From positions 27,220,001 through 27,284,000 of the forward strand of contig CM052816.1 of the NCBI GenBank assembly GCA_028534125.1: DNA of 64,000 nt. Direction: 5' to 3'. The position numbers were made by a program, and so were the translations under genes. Positions 34,983 through 48,467 of this stretch are shown one piece after another (within the stretch, counting starts at the first letter, position 1; every line of letters starts with the position of its first letter). This DNA is from Lama glama (Eukaryota). A model generated the notes under the pieces. It saw only the letters and a program-made list of their open reading frames with translations, ran no database searches and was not told the DNA's origin.

Positions 34983-37868
34983 CTATGGACACAAAGACAG
35001 TTGGAATTAATGGAATGCCATGTAGAGAAGTCTAAGGTAAAGGCAGAGGAAAACAAAACTCCAACCTGTGAAGTTTAGCTCTAATTACCAAGCTTACCAA
35101 ACGAAGAGAAAATGTCCATTCAGTTATGAACTAAAAATCCGTGAGTTTCTGTCTAGCGCTAATAAAAGAGGAAAGCTCTGAGAATTTGAAGAGCGGGAAG
35201 TTATCCCAGCAATGCTCTTGTTTTGCTTACTTATTCTATAGGTGGGAAAACCGACTCACAGAAAGTTTAAACACCTCCTCAAAGTCACACACACAGTATG
35301 TGTAACAGATTCAACACTGGAACCAGAATCCAAGTTTTTGATTCTAAGGCAATGTTTTAGCTACTTTATTACATTATCTGGAGGCTTCCCGAATATTATT
35401 ATAAAACTCCCGACTGTCGAGATAACCAGCTTCTACTTCCAGTTTATAATAACCTCAACCATGCCTTCCTAATCCTATACCCTGCAGTCAACAGGTTTAT
35501 AAAAAAGAGACTACATCCTAAGTTGCCAAGTGTAAAAAAACTGCACTGAAATAAAACTAGGATCCTCTTGATTTTTCTGACCCAGTGTTGGTGGTGTTTC
35601 AAAGGTGAAGTTTTCTCCTCTTCCATGTTAAAGGAAAGGCACTCAAAGCTCTGAACACAACCTTTCCAAAGCAAAGACAGAATGGCCAGCATGTGTTGTC
35701 ATAGTCTGTTTGCGTTCTACCCACTGAGTCCTTTGTGGTATTTTCATGTTATGTTTGGCCTTAGGAGAAAGCAGGGGGATGGGATTTCACTGTTTTAAAA
35801 TGGAAGAATTAAATATAATGTAAAAAAAATACAAGAGTGGTGAAAACAACAGCATGAAGTTCAGTGGGTGGAATTTGACATTTAAAAAGATGATCATGCG
35901 CTTGAAATAGCCTTGAACCTCTCCTTAGCCTTTTAAAGGATTTTTTTTCCAGTTATTTGCTTGGACTGGTCATGAACTTTTATACTTTTCTGGATTAAAT
36001 TTGCCTTCATTTTCTGAACATGCCAACTAATCTGCTAAAGGAATGCTGGATAAAAACAGCCAATTCCTTTTATGTTCCACCTCTCATGTGGGGAATGGGG
36101 CACTGTTTACAAAGGCATCTGTGACATCAGAGGCAGCCTGACTATTTGCACCACACTTTTTTTTTTTTAACACAAGGAAGCAGGAAATAAGCCTCTTTAA
36201 GGGGAGCAAGAAGAGAAAATGTAACCAGTACCTACAACCAACTAAGAACGCACCCAGGGAAAGCAGGGTGAGCATTAGCTCCAAAAGCACAGAGACCTTG
36301 TAGGAAGTGAAACCCTCCACTCACTTCCCTACAGAATGAGCCTGGAGGCCAGGGCTGGGAGTCGGGATCTGGATAAGGATATGCTGATGGACTGAATCCT
36401 CTTCTTCAGAGGCAAACTTGGAGAAAATTGGGACTGACATTTGGGCCAGAGGAGGTGAGGTTTCAAATGCATAAGGCAGAACAATTTCCTTTATTTTTCC
36501 TAATTAGGTAGGGAAAACAACTGAATTATTTTGATTTGGAGGCAGGTGATCGAACCATGTGATCTTTACTCCTGAATAGATCTGGATGAGTGGACATATC
36601 TCAAGATAAATGACATAACCAACTGGTTTGAAGTCAATGTCTCAGGCATGGAAACATCAAGAGGGCAGACTGCTGTGCCTCTACTGGTGAAAAGGACAGC
36701 CTTGCCCTTTTCAGTGGGTCCCTGTCAACCTTGTGGTGACCTGGCTTGCTCCATGATATTAACCGTGAAAATTGTAGAGTGGGAGAGATTTTAGGGAATC
36801 ATCTAATTCAAACCCCCTTATTTTACAAATGAGAAAACTGAAGAAGACAACTGTATCTTCTCTGATATTCTAGCAGCTTCTTTCTTCAGTGAGTAAAATT
36901 CAGGAGTTCAAGGTATTTGGAAAAGTTTCATATGTACCTTTTTGTCAGACATACTTTCATATTTTTCAGACTCAATTAAATATTATAGTGGTTATATCTG
37001 CTGCACATATACAGAAAATGCCCTTTACTATAATTCAGTGTTTTGACTTTTAGTAATGGATTTATAGGAAACAACACTACATTTCATAAGACTACGAATT
37101 ATCCTCTCGCAGAAATCTGGAGAAGAATCTAGAGACCTGGACTTTGCAGGGCTTGACAACCTGGGAGAACAGGACAAGATCTGAGTGAGGCAAGAGTTGC
37201 CCTGGCTCCTGCTGGCTCTCCAAGTCAGGTGCAGTCCACACTGTTACATAACCTGCCCACTTCTCCTATGAAGACATGGATAATTCTTCTTTATAAGTAA
37301 AGATCTTACCCGATTCAAATGCGTAAGACTTACATGAAGGAAGAACCATTATCCTGTTGTTCAGAACAATGCAGGTCTTTGCTTAGCACCTGAAATTCAG
37401 TTTTGTGTTTTATAGGGGACAACTGACTTTAATAAGAATCTATGCAATTGGCCTGTTCACTGAGAGATTATATAAAAACAATAATCTTTCCTGTGATATT
37501 GTGCAGAGAAGCACTGCTCAGAGAGAAGGGCTGACTACACACTTTCTAACAACCAACATTAGGATTTCTGAGATGGACATGGAAATGGCTAGAAATCTCT
37601 TGGCTGTGGTAAAAACATGTCTAGCATCCACCCTCAAAGAAATGCTGTCTGCTCTGATTCTGAAGAACACGCCAGCAGGGATCCGCAGTCCTACAATTTA
37701 GACAGTGCCTTATTTGACAAATATCTAGTAAGGAGAACAGAACAAATACAGATATTTCGCCAACTAAGAAGGTCCTTGTGAATGCATACATGTTACAGAT
37801 ACATGCCAGGTGCCCAACTCTCCTTTCAGAACTTGAACGCATTCTCTCTCTCTCTCCTTCCCCAATCC

Positions 37869-37870
<2 letters not shown>

Positions 37871-37912
<42 letters not shown>

Positions 37913-37955
37913 TGTGTGTGTGTGTGTGTGAAAGAGAGAGAGAGAGAGAGAGAGA
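37871..37955. repeat. Compound microsatellite (GT)n-(GA)n
   Basis: Seen directly. Confidence 0.97.
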
Positions 37956-40900
37956 CAGAAGACTGGGAGAAGATATTAAAGGGAGAATGTAACTTCAGAT
38001 CTTCATAGGTATTGCTTACAGAGAACACCCAATGCAGCCACAGGGATGGGGTGGCTCGTCTCTAAAATTTGTCTTAGAGAATGCCTCTCCAGCTTACATC
38101 CCATCTAACCATCCACACATGCATCTACCCATTCAACCTTCATCTACTAACTGAGAACTTATTTCATGGACAGGTTTCCTCTTCTGGGGATTTTCTGCTT
38201 TTTTGGTAACCTATTTTAATGTTGTCTTTTGTGTGTTCTTAAAGTCAACGCAATTTATTTAAAGAGGCAATGAATACATGTGACTTATGAGATCTGCTGG
38301 ACAGTCTAACTAAAAATGTAATTGAAAAGTATGCCACAGGCTTATTACCAGAATCAATACCATCTCTACAGTTTTGTTACAACCGTGAGTTCTAAAGGAG
38401 GCAGCTTTGTCTGTGATCATAGGTCATCACATCTAACATGCCATCAATTATAAGATTCAGTCCAGATTTTGGGATGTTAAAATGCAAAAAATAAATGGCC
38501 AGCAATAGTTTCATACTGTCATTTACTGTAAGATGAATGCAGAATCTAGTGAAAGTAAAATGTGAAAAAAAGTACACCTAAAAATTGATTAAATAAGTTA
38601 AGGCCCACATAATTCTTTGCCAAATTTCTCTTACTTTGCTTACAATGAAATAAATAATATTTATAGCAATGAAAATAGTAAATTGGAAGGTACCCAACAA
38701 TCACAGCCGACACTTACCTAGTGTCTACTATGCGGTTTTTCTCATTTAGACCTCAGAGCAACCATGTGAAGAAGGTTCTATTATCTCCATTTTAAAGATG
38801 AGGAAACTGAGGTCCATGGAAATCTTTTTTCTTTTTTTTTGACATAAACCTATCCAAGGCTGCTGAGCTAGTAAGGGTAGGGCTAGGATTTAAACTCAGA
38901 CCCAGGAGTTGATGTTCTCCATGACACTGTTTCCTGTCTTTTGAGGATGAATATCCATCACTGCTCATTGGCCCATGACCCCTGACCCCATAAAGGACAT
39001 GCTCCCTTTGTACTCCTTGGGTCACAGAAATCACACTAAATGCCTGTCCCATCTGTGGGTCATGGAGTTCTGTGTAGGTTATGCTGTTTCAAAGGTCCTT
39101 GGAGAGCAGAAGAATGCTTGTGCCAGTCAAAGATTGTTCTATTTGCTTTCATCTGCAATTGTAGCACTTTCAGTGTTGTTTACTTATTTCTACCCCATGA
39201 ATTCATCTACAATGAAACTAAGTCAACAGAGTATTTCCCCCTTTAAAAGTAAATTGTGCAAAAACAATAACACACAGCCTCACCAGCATGCCTATCACCG
39301 TTCATGACCAGTCGTAGGAACTGCTGAGTCTTTTCTTTTTTTGCAAAAGTGTCTTTTTTTTTTAAATCTGTATTAAGGCAAACCTTTAAAATGGAGAATG
39401 CACATAGTGTAGGCAAACATGCTCCTTCTTGGTAAATGTTCAATGCTATGACACAGGTTGTTTCTGTAGCAGGATCTCTTGATCAACAGTCACATGAAGG
39501 ATTCAGAAACAAAATGATCATAAGTTTGATGCTGAAAGTAAAAGAGAACCCACTGAACCAGTGATCAATGCAAAACAGGCTGGAGCCCCCACGCACCTGA
39601 AGGCAAGAGCTTTGCTCAGAACTTGGAGGAGACCATCTGAACCTTCATGTTGGAAGAAAACTGCCCAGGTTACACAGGCAGTAGCTTTGACTTGAGCCAA
39701 TTCTGTGTCAACTGCTTCACCAGCAATATCTCAATCAAGGGACAGCAAAGCAGTCCCTTGCTTGGTCCTTGCGTACCCCCAAGGCTTTCACCTTCATGCT
39801 CCCTGTGGCTAGTTCTGCTAGGTACAATCAGGCAGTGAAATAACTGCACCCTCTGACACTTCATGTGTCAAGAGGCAGAAAGTCAATTCTTATCACCCGA
39901 AGACCTGTCACTCCAGAAGACCACTAAAAACTGCTGGCTACCCTGTGGTTCTGGAGTCTTTAAAGGTAATTTTTACAAGAAAAATGACACAAATGGGGAG
40001 TCAAATGCAGCCTATTCTTTAAGAATCTATATGAGGGGCAGAGGACAATGAGAATAAGGAGAGGAATTTTCCTCTGTACTATCCTTTCCAAACGTATTTA
40101 CCAAAGAAACAAAACCAGAACACACTCAAGTGCCTGCTTGATGTAGAAAAACTTGCATGTGCTGAATCCATTAGAACACTGTTCAATAACAGTCTTCCTT
40201 GTGAAAATATTAGCCTTGTAATGATTCCAAGTTCAGCATCTCCGCAGGTTATCTGTTACATAAGTGGCTGTGGCGGATGCAGGATGGCTGGGCCGAATTT
40301 GCAGTCCTAATGGGCTTCTACATTTTCCACTTGGGTAGGGACACTCTCCTGAAGGAGTGCCCTGCTCAAAGCTGTACTTTAGGTCATTAAAAATGCTTAT
40401 CAGCTTGAAATAACAATCTGAATACTGATACTAACATGAAGCACATGTTTGCCATGGCTCTTCGCATAGGTCACTCATTTCCCTATTTTCTTCTCATCCA
40501 ACCAAGTAAGTCACACCATCACCCAACCTGTCCCAGAAAGGGCATTTTCTTTTGTTCTGTCCCAAAATAGCTTTAAAATTATGAGAAGCCTGCTGTGAGA
40601 CTTGAAGAGAGAAACTGGCATGTATAAGCAACATGTCCCAAGACAAAGAGTGCCGGATGCCCAATTGTTGACTTAAAGTCTCCGAACAGCAATGCAATCC
40701 TTTCCTCCTTTTGTTTGGCAAGCTCTCCCAAAAGTGCAGGCAGCCTTTCCCCTGATATCTGAAATTCCTCTTTAGTCTTTACATAAGCAAATGAAATCAG
40801 GGATCTGAAACAATTATTCAGACAATCTGAGAATGAATAAAATTCTGTTTTACACTGAGAATGATTTATGAAGACTATTGGTCTTCATGATTCTTTTGGT

Positions 40901-42499
40901 CATTTGAAAATACTATTCTCCCCTTTGCCAGCTTAAGCAAAAAAAAGCTCCTTCTTTGCAAATGCTTATTAACTCTTATGGTTGTTTGTAGGACACCATG
41001 GCTGGGGCTCCTAAGTGCAACACACAAGGAAAATGGAGGGACTATTTCAAAGACCATACATTTAGTACAATGAGCTGTGTAAGGTACTCCAAATATCACA
41101 ATGTATTGTTAGGTCAAGCTGTAAAAAAGACATCTGCAGCTGTATCAGTGCCCCTGGAAACAAGCTATACAAATTACCTACAGAGATGGAGACAAAATAG
41201 GACCTGGCCCCAAAGTCAGAGGACCTGAGTTGAGATCCAGTCTTTGCTCTTACTAGCCATTAGACCACACGCAAGCCACTTAACTTACTTTCTTCAGTCT
41301 TATCTGTAGAATGGGGATAAAAACAACACGCTCCAACAGGATTGCTTTAGAATAAGTCAGATAGTGTACACAAAATCCAGTGGCATGGCGCTTGGTACAT
41401 AAAGGAAATGTTACATTATCTATCTATCTATCTATAGATAATATATATTAACTATTAATTGAAGTTACCGTGGCACAAAATAAACTATCACCTAACATGA
41501 CTCCCACTAAAGAAGGGCTGTGGTAATATTTTACAAGTCTATTTTTAAAATTTGAGATTGTCATGTCTGAAAAATCATAATCTCCTGTTGACGGTACCGC
41601 AATTTACTGCCACTGGGAAAGTTTATGAAGCCAGAGGGGATATGGTTATATGCTTGAGAAGCAATTTTCTTTGCCACAAACAAATGTGATTAAATCTATT
41701 TTAATACAGTGCTGACATTATTTACTTTTTGAAAAGACTGGGATTGGCATTCTGTGGTTCCAATTTTTTTTAAGATAATTTATACTCATCCTTCTCAAAG
41801 GGAGTTAGTGATGATTTTTTAACTCCATACACTAGATAGTGATCTGTGTACACCAAACTACTCACACTGAGATTTCCTAATGTGGAAATTGGCTGTAACT
41901 GAGACTTACTGAGTTAGTATGCTTGCTTATCTTTAATGGAAGGAGACTTCCTTGATTAATGTCTTACTAAAGATTTTCTTCTTAATTTTAGGTTCAAAAA
42001 TTTATCATTTTACTTTTGACCAAAGTTAAATATGTTTATTGTAGAAAATTTGGGGAAAAAGTGAAAAATACAAAAAAGAAAAGCCACTTGTAATTCCATC
42101 CTTAGTATTAACTACTATAAACATGTTATGACACAGTTTTTTCTATCTTATTATCTATTTCTTTATCTCTCTCTCCAAAATTCAAAGTTATTACCAAATT
42201 ACAAAACAGCTTCACATATCACATTTTAATTCAATATTATATAATAATTTTTTTCTGTAAAATTCCATCATATGGATATTGCTTCATTATTTATCCAGTA
42301 TCCCATCAGGGAATATTCATATTATTTGAAATATTTTTTCAGATAAAAATGCTATAATGATTATCATTGTTTATAAATCTTTGAATACATCTTGATGATT
42401 TCTTAAGGTTGGATTCTGATGGACTAAAAACAAACGAACAAAAAAGAGGTAGATTACACAGCATACAAAGAGAAATTAAAATTAAAAATTTCTTCATAC

Positions 42500-42613
42500 C
42501 TGGCCAAAGCAACCTGCATAATGAATAAGGCTTGGAAAGTCCTTAGAACAACTCAGTTCTGCAATTGCTTCTGTTTCACTCACCATCCAGCGTACACACT
42601 CCAACTGACCATT
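42500..42613 (-). CDS. SNCAIP: SNCAIP ankyrin-repeat exon (114 nt): NGQLECVRWMVSETEAIAELSCSKDFPSLIHYAGCFGQ
   Basis: Not in the ORF track; manual translation. Acceptor aatccag|AATGGT, donor GGCCAG|gtatga. Phase 0/0. Confidence 0.95.
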
Positions 42614-42839
42614 CTGGATTAAAAAGAAAAAAAAGGAAGAAATTTAAGGTAATTCAGGTTTGAGAAATACCTCACAGATGGTATTTTATCATGGGAAGAA
42701 ATCACATGAATTTTGGCTTTTATATCTGGCTTAATTCGTTTATAATATATGTATACCACCTATTATATTTCTGATCAGTAATTTTGACTCTAAATCAACA
42801 ACAGAATTTTTACTTACTTATAGTTTCATACTTTTATCA

Positions 42840-43226
42840 GTTATTTTAAAATCAATTTATTAAGGCATAATTTGTGAACTATAAAATATACTTTTTAAAG
42901 TATTATTTGATGAATTTTGACAAATAGATACTCTCTTGTAACTACAACTCCAGTCAAGATATAGAATATTTCCACCCTCCCCTCCCTTCTCCTTATATGT
43001 CTAGTCCCTTTGCTCTCATCCCTCTCACCTTCGCCCAGGCAACCACTAATACGATTTCTATCACAAGAGAATAGAGTATGCATTCTTCTGCATCTGGTTT
43101 CTTGCACCCAGCATAATGGCTCTGAGATACACCAAAACTACTGCCTGGAAATAGTTTATTCCTCTTTAGTGCTGAGAAGTGTTCCATTGTATGAATATAT
43201 CACAATTTGTTTATCCATTAACTCTT
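42840..43226 (-). mobile_element. Old L1M 3'-end fragment
   Basis: tttgatgaattttgacaaat...gtcaagatatagaatatttcc...ccaggcaaccact...ccattgtatgaatatatcacaatttgtttatccatt. Confidence 0.75.
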
Positions 43227-43374
43227 AGAATAGGTTTTTTCCCTCAAGAAGTTAAAATGTCAGAAGTCCATAATAAAGGAAGAGAAAATAACCCAGATAT
43301 ACTGCTACTTTCATGAGGTCGTCTCTGATTCCATGTTCACAGTGGCTCTTTTCCACACTGTGCAAACCAGGAAG

Positions 43375-43615
43375 CAGTTGTGACACATAAACCTAGTGAT
43401 TAAGACGCAGACTTTGGAATGGATTTAAATCCTGAATCCACCACTGAGTTACAAGACTATGAACAAGTTACTTCATCTCTCTGGTACTCAATGTTCTCAT
43501 CTGTTAAGTAGCAGAGGTTAGTAGTAACCACCTCAGAGTTACTGCAAAGGTCAAATGAGATAAAGCATGTCAACTCACTAAGCACAAAATACTTGTCACC
43601 GTATGCTATTAGAAT
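43375..43615 (+). mobile_element. MIR SINE
   Basis: gatttaaatcctg..tccaccact...acaagttacttcatctctctg..actcaatgttctcatctgt core. Confidence 0.7.
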
Positions 43616-43871
43616 GCTCTCTGGGATCCTCACAATAACTCTATAAGACAAATGAGATATTCAACTGTATCCTGGTTTTGCACAGTGTGAGACCTTAGTA
43701 TAGGAAAGAATTATGGTGGACATGGAGTCAGGAAAGCCTATTCCAAAATCAGGACGGGGAGCTAATCTGCTTATTCTTAATTTACTCCTATTTGGATAAT
43801 AGACTTTTAAGTAGCCAGCTTCCAAGTATGCAAATGCAGAGTCTTCTAACTGGGGCATCTAGCATGATCAG

Positions 43872-44322
43872 GTGTGCTAAATAGCCAGGTGCCCCATTCA
43901 GATCTGTTTCCTCCTGTCTCTGCCCTCCCTGCTGCCCGGGAGGCTGGTCTGCTAGCTCCCTTGCCTCTGGCTTCTGGCTGGGTTTGGCTGATAGAAAGCA
44001 GTAGCAGGAGACCAGGAAAAGAGAGTGAGTTTGAGGTCCCCTCTGCTCCTGGCTCCCACATTATGGGATGGCCATTGGTCTGCTGAGTCCTGCCACCAGT
44101 CAATGGTCAAAAGTCAGCCAGCTCTTTTACTCAGCCCTCTCAGTCAGGCTCTGGGGTGGTAACTGTGCTCTGGCTGTTACTGACCCCAGTATGCTGCACT
44201 CTTCTTCGTGGGCTCCCTACACCCCATCCACTCCCCCTCCTTTTGCGTATAAATCCTTCATTATACACTTTCCTTAAATTACACAATTTGAGCATGCAAT
44301 GTTTCCTATAAGGATTAACAAA
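43872..44322 (+). mobile_element. ERVL LTR (LTR33-like)
   Basis: gctcccttgcctctggcttctggctgggtttggc...aatttgagcatgcaatgtttcc resembles recalled LTR33. Confidence 0.7.
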
Positions 44323-44449
44323 CACCCACTGATATAATGTTTTATTCCCCCTGAATGAAGAAAGGAACAGGAACCATACTGAGCGTCTATGAGGCAAGAC
44401 AATTTACATAAATGGGTATTTTACTTACACAGAACACAGAAACACGAAT

Positions 44450-45115
44450 AATTTCTGATTTTAGTAATTTGAGTCTTTTTTTCTTTTGGTCAGTCTAACT
44501 AAAGGTTTACTAATTCTTAAAAATCCTTTTATGAGACCAAATTTGGTTTTGTTGATTTTCTCTGTTTTTCTATTTTCTATTTCATTTACTTTTGCTTGAA
44601 ATGTTTTAATTTCCTCCCTTCTGCTTGTTTTAATTTAGTTTGCTTTTTATTTCTAGTTTCCTGAGGTAGAGTAGGCTATTAATTTGTGATCTTCCTCCTC
44701 TTCCTCCTCCTTCGTCTTTTTTAAACATAGGCATTTATAGCTATAAATTTCCCTGTAAGCACTTCTTTAGCTGTATACTTAGATGTTGATATGTTGCATT
44801 TTCATTTTCATTCATCTTCAGGTGGCTTCCAATTTCCTTTGTAATTTCTCCTTTGATACAATGATTATTTTGGGGTGTGTTAATTTTGTATATTTGTGAT
44901 TATCTTAAATTCCCTTTTGTTATTAATACCTAGTTGCAATTCATTATGGTTCAAGGACATACTTTATATGATTTTAATCCTTTTAAATTTATTGAAATCT
45001 GTTTTATGAGCTAACTTATGGTCTATCATGGAGAATATTTCAGGTGCACTTGAAAAAAATGCATATTTTGCTATTGTTGGGTAGAATGCCCTGTTAGATG
45101 TGTTAGGTTTAGTTA
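44450..45115 (-). mobile_element. Old L1 ORF2 fragment
   Basis: T-rich strand with gctataaatttccct.taagcact.ctttagctgta and tggtctatcatggagaat..tcaggtgcacttgaaaa. Confidence 0.8.
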
Positions 45116-46524
45116 TTCAAGGAAGCAACATTTAAATAAATAACAAGCTGCTAGAGAGGCAAAAGGAAAGGTATCACTACTATGAGTTTGAAAGTAATAT
45201 CACGTGCCATAAATAGAAATACCAAGAAAATAAAAAATGTTATTAAATTCTAGTGGAAGATTTTTGCCTGCTGAAGTCTCTGAGCTTTGGGTCACTTAGT
45301 GTATGTTAAAAAGGAGTATCAGTAGGCTATGTGTTTGAAGTCATTTTCTCACCAGACCAGCATTTTGTCTTTGGGCTTAATTAGAAATAAAAAGAGAATT
45401 AAAGTTATTTTATTGAAAATCTGTTTAGATCCTAAAATAATTTCTTGTGCTGGTTCCATTTTAGAAAACAGACTGTTCTCACCTTCTAGAAATCTTTCCT
45501 TACAATTATTTTGCTTAACTCTTCCCAAAGGAAACTTAATAATGCCTTGAACTCCCACAGTATCTAGTGTTGAGTCCCCTAGAAAGCACTCAATAAATTC
45601 TGCATGTAGCTGGCAAGAATTTATTATGTTCCATTTAAGGAGTTTAACAGTGGGGGAGAGATGTTCTTAAGCCGCAGTATGACTTCAGAGCCCCTTTTCT
45701 CATGTAATCTTTTTATTTGATACCTTGTCTCTGACTCTGCTTCCTGTCAGCCAAGTCATATTATCTGAGCAACTTCTGCCCATTTGTACCAAGTTTGTTT
45801 GTCTTTAATGACAGCAAGGCTCTCAGAATGGTGCTTAATGGGGTGAAACACCACCAGTTAATTACTGGTGTTCAAAACAAGGCCCTAAAACAGATGATGA
45901 TGACTTCTTAGGACTCCCTCAACTTTATCAATGTCCTCCACAACACACTGAATGGACTGAGGCAGGACATATGTCAGGACTTATTTCTAAAGAGGGTGGC
46001 ATGTGTTCTAAAATATTTGTATTTACTGCTTTTGTACATTCTAGATTAAATGAAGGAATAAAGGAATACTTCCATTTCCCAGATCATTGTCAGAAGTATG
46101 AAAAGCCTGAGACTCCAAATCTGTAAGAGCATTTGAGTCCTACGGGTTTCATACATGTTCTCATTAAAGCAAAAGAAAATGCTGCTTAAGGTTGCATGCT
46201 GATTGTATGATGGTGATTCTATGTTGACTAGAGGTGTTTAAGAATGAATCAACACTTTATATGGACACTATAGAAGGAGTTTACCCAAGACTGGCTTAAT
46301 GACCACTAAAGTTCTTATGTACTTTCCTACTCTAAAGATTTTTACTCTATCAAAACCCACACTAGGGCATATAAATTAACAAAAAAATGTTTTCATCCAA
46401 TTATGTAGTTAGGATATATTCAAAATCCAACATTAGTCAGGAAAACTAATGAGAATTGTCTATTATAAATACTAAAACGGCAAGGCAACTGTCAACAATC
46501 ACTGGCACTGTAAGAATATTTTAG

Positions 46525-46815
46525 GAAGTGAAGGGATAAACTGGGAGTTCAGGATTCGCAGGCACTAACTACTATATATAAAATAGATAAACAACAAGGT
46601 TCTATTATAAAGCACAGGGAAGTATATTCAATATCTTATAATAACCTATAATGACAAACAATATGAAAAAGAATATATATATGTATAACTAAATTACTAT
46701 GCTGTACACCAGAAGTTAACACAACATTGTAAATTGATTATACTTCAGTAAAAAAAAAAAATTCTTTTTTTAATTTCTTAAAATAAAGAGTTGCTCTCAA
46801 GGGGGAAAAAAAAAA
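46525..46815 (+). mobile_element. L1 3' end with extra downstream segment and second poly(A)
   Basis: TSD AAGAATATTTTAG at 46512-46524 and 46816-46828. L1 3' UTR runs to the A-run at 46750-46761. Confidence 0.92.
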
Positions 46816-48287
46816 AAGAATATTTTAGCCATCAGTGAATCATGCCCACTGATGACCAAATCCAAATCCTGCCCTCCCACGGGACTCTGACATAGGACTA
46901 GATACTGAATTTGCCATCCTGTACTTGCATTATTGATAACTTACATGCTTTATCCACCAGACTATCAGTTCCTTAAGAAAAGGGACTACGTCTCATTCAA
47001 ATTTGTACTGCCAGCACCATCTAAGTACCTGGTGGACTCGTACATATGGTTGAACTCCACTATGCTGAACTTTGACTTTACGTTTGATTTCTCTTTCTTC
47101 TTGATGGCTGCCAGCAGTTCCGCTCTTAATTTGATATAGCATCATTCACAACTAAAGGAAAATGATACCTACTGGAGTCACAAATCACTTATTTGATCAA
47201 AAAATATTATTTTCTATGCCATATCAGAAATAGTACCTAATCACAGAGTAAAATTTAAAAAAAAACAGAAAACAACTTTTTAATATATAAAACTTGACTG
47301 AATGGTAAATAAGTTGAAGATAGAAAAATTCAGATTTGTATAAAAGGTATACTGGTGAAAGAAAGTAATTGCTTTACTTGTTCACAAGCAGACTTCTTTA
47401 ACTAGCAAGTTCCCCCAGTAAATTTCAGTATAATCCCATTTATAAAAATTATGATTATTCAGCTTTTAGAAGACATAACTATTATATAAAACAAAGCACA
47501 TATGCAGAAGCACTAGGGACTATATTTCCCTAAACTTCACTTCTGGCTTCTTAAGAAATGTGACTGAATTCCACATTTATTTGCCAAAGATCTTAAAAGT
47601 AATTTTAGTTTAATAGCTAATCTTCTGGTGATGTGTTATATGTTACAGAGGCACTCACTGCAGTGCTATAAAAAACCATGTCTTCCTGTATCACTGTTTT
47701 TTAGGTTTTAATATCTATCCCAGTCCCAGTTATTTTGTACAGTTCTTGATAGATAACACACTGTGTTCTGCAAGAGCTAAATTCAAACTCGGCATTGATA
47801 TTCTAAACAACTCCTGATATTGCAGACATTTAAACTTCAGACGCAATCCATTAGAGGCCCACTTTATTATCCAAAATACTCCTGAGAGCTATCATCCTTT
47901 AAAACACAACTTCCCCTCATTTGTCTTGCTCATTATACTCACATTAGGAAAAAATGAAACAGTCCCACACAGATCCATTCAGGTGTGGTTAAGAATCTAA
48001 ATCACAGTCACCATGAATAACAAAAGTTCTTAGAATTGCAACAGATCATTTTCCTTTCTCTTTATTAGCTGATTTGAAGCTTACCCTAAATTAGAATATA
48101 GTCTCAAAATCTCAAAGCAGTTAGTGACTGAAATGATTCATCTTTTAAATGGACCTGGTTCATCTGCTGTTTGCTTGGTAAATCACTCTCCTCTCTCTCC
48201 ATTCAACGCTTTTGCCCACCAGGAATCTTAAAAAATAGAAACCCAACTTTGAGGCATGGAGGGCCCAGTCCCCAGCCCGTGAGTCAC

Positions 48288-48467
48288 CTTGATGGCCAGG
48301 CCTGCTGGAGTCAACTTCTCGAAGTTTCGCTCACTGAGGCAATCCTCTCCCATCAGAGAAGTGAGGTGCTGCAGACACTCTGCATGTCCCTGCGACGCGG
48401 CAACGTGTAAGAGATTGTTTCCGCTTTCGTCATGAATTTTGTCTAGATTGTCGGCAGCAAGGTGTGG
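48288..48467 (-). CDS. SNCAIP: SNCAIP ankyrin-repeat exon (180 nt): PHLAADNLDKIHDESGNNLLHVAASQGHAECLQHLTSLMGEDCLSERNFEKLTPAGLAIK
   Basis: Manual translation. Acceptor tgtgtacag|CCACAC, donor ATCAAG|gtgact. Ankyrin LHxAA..GH motif. Confidence 0.96.
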
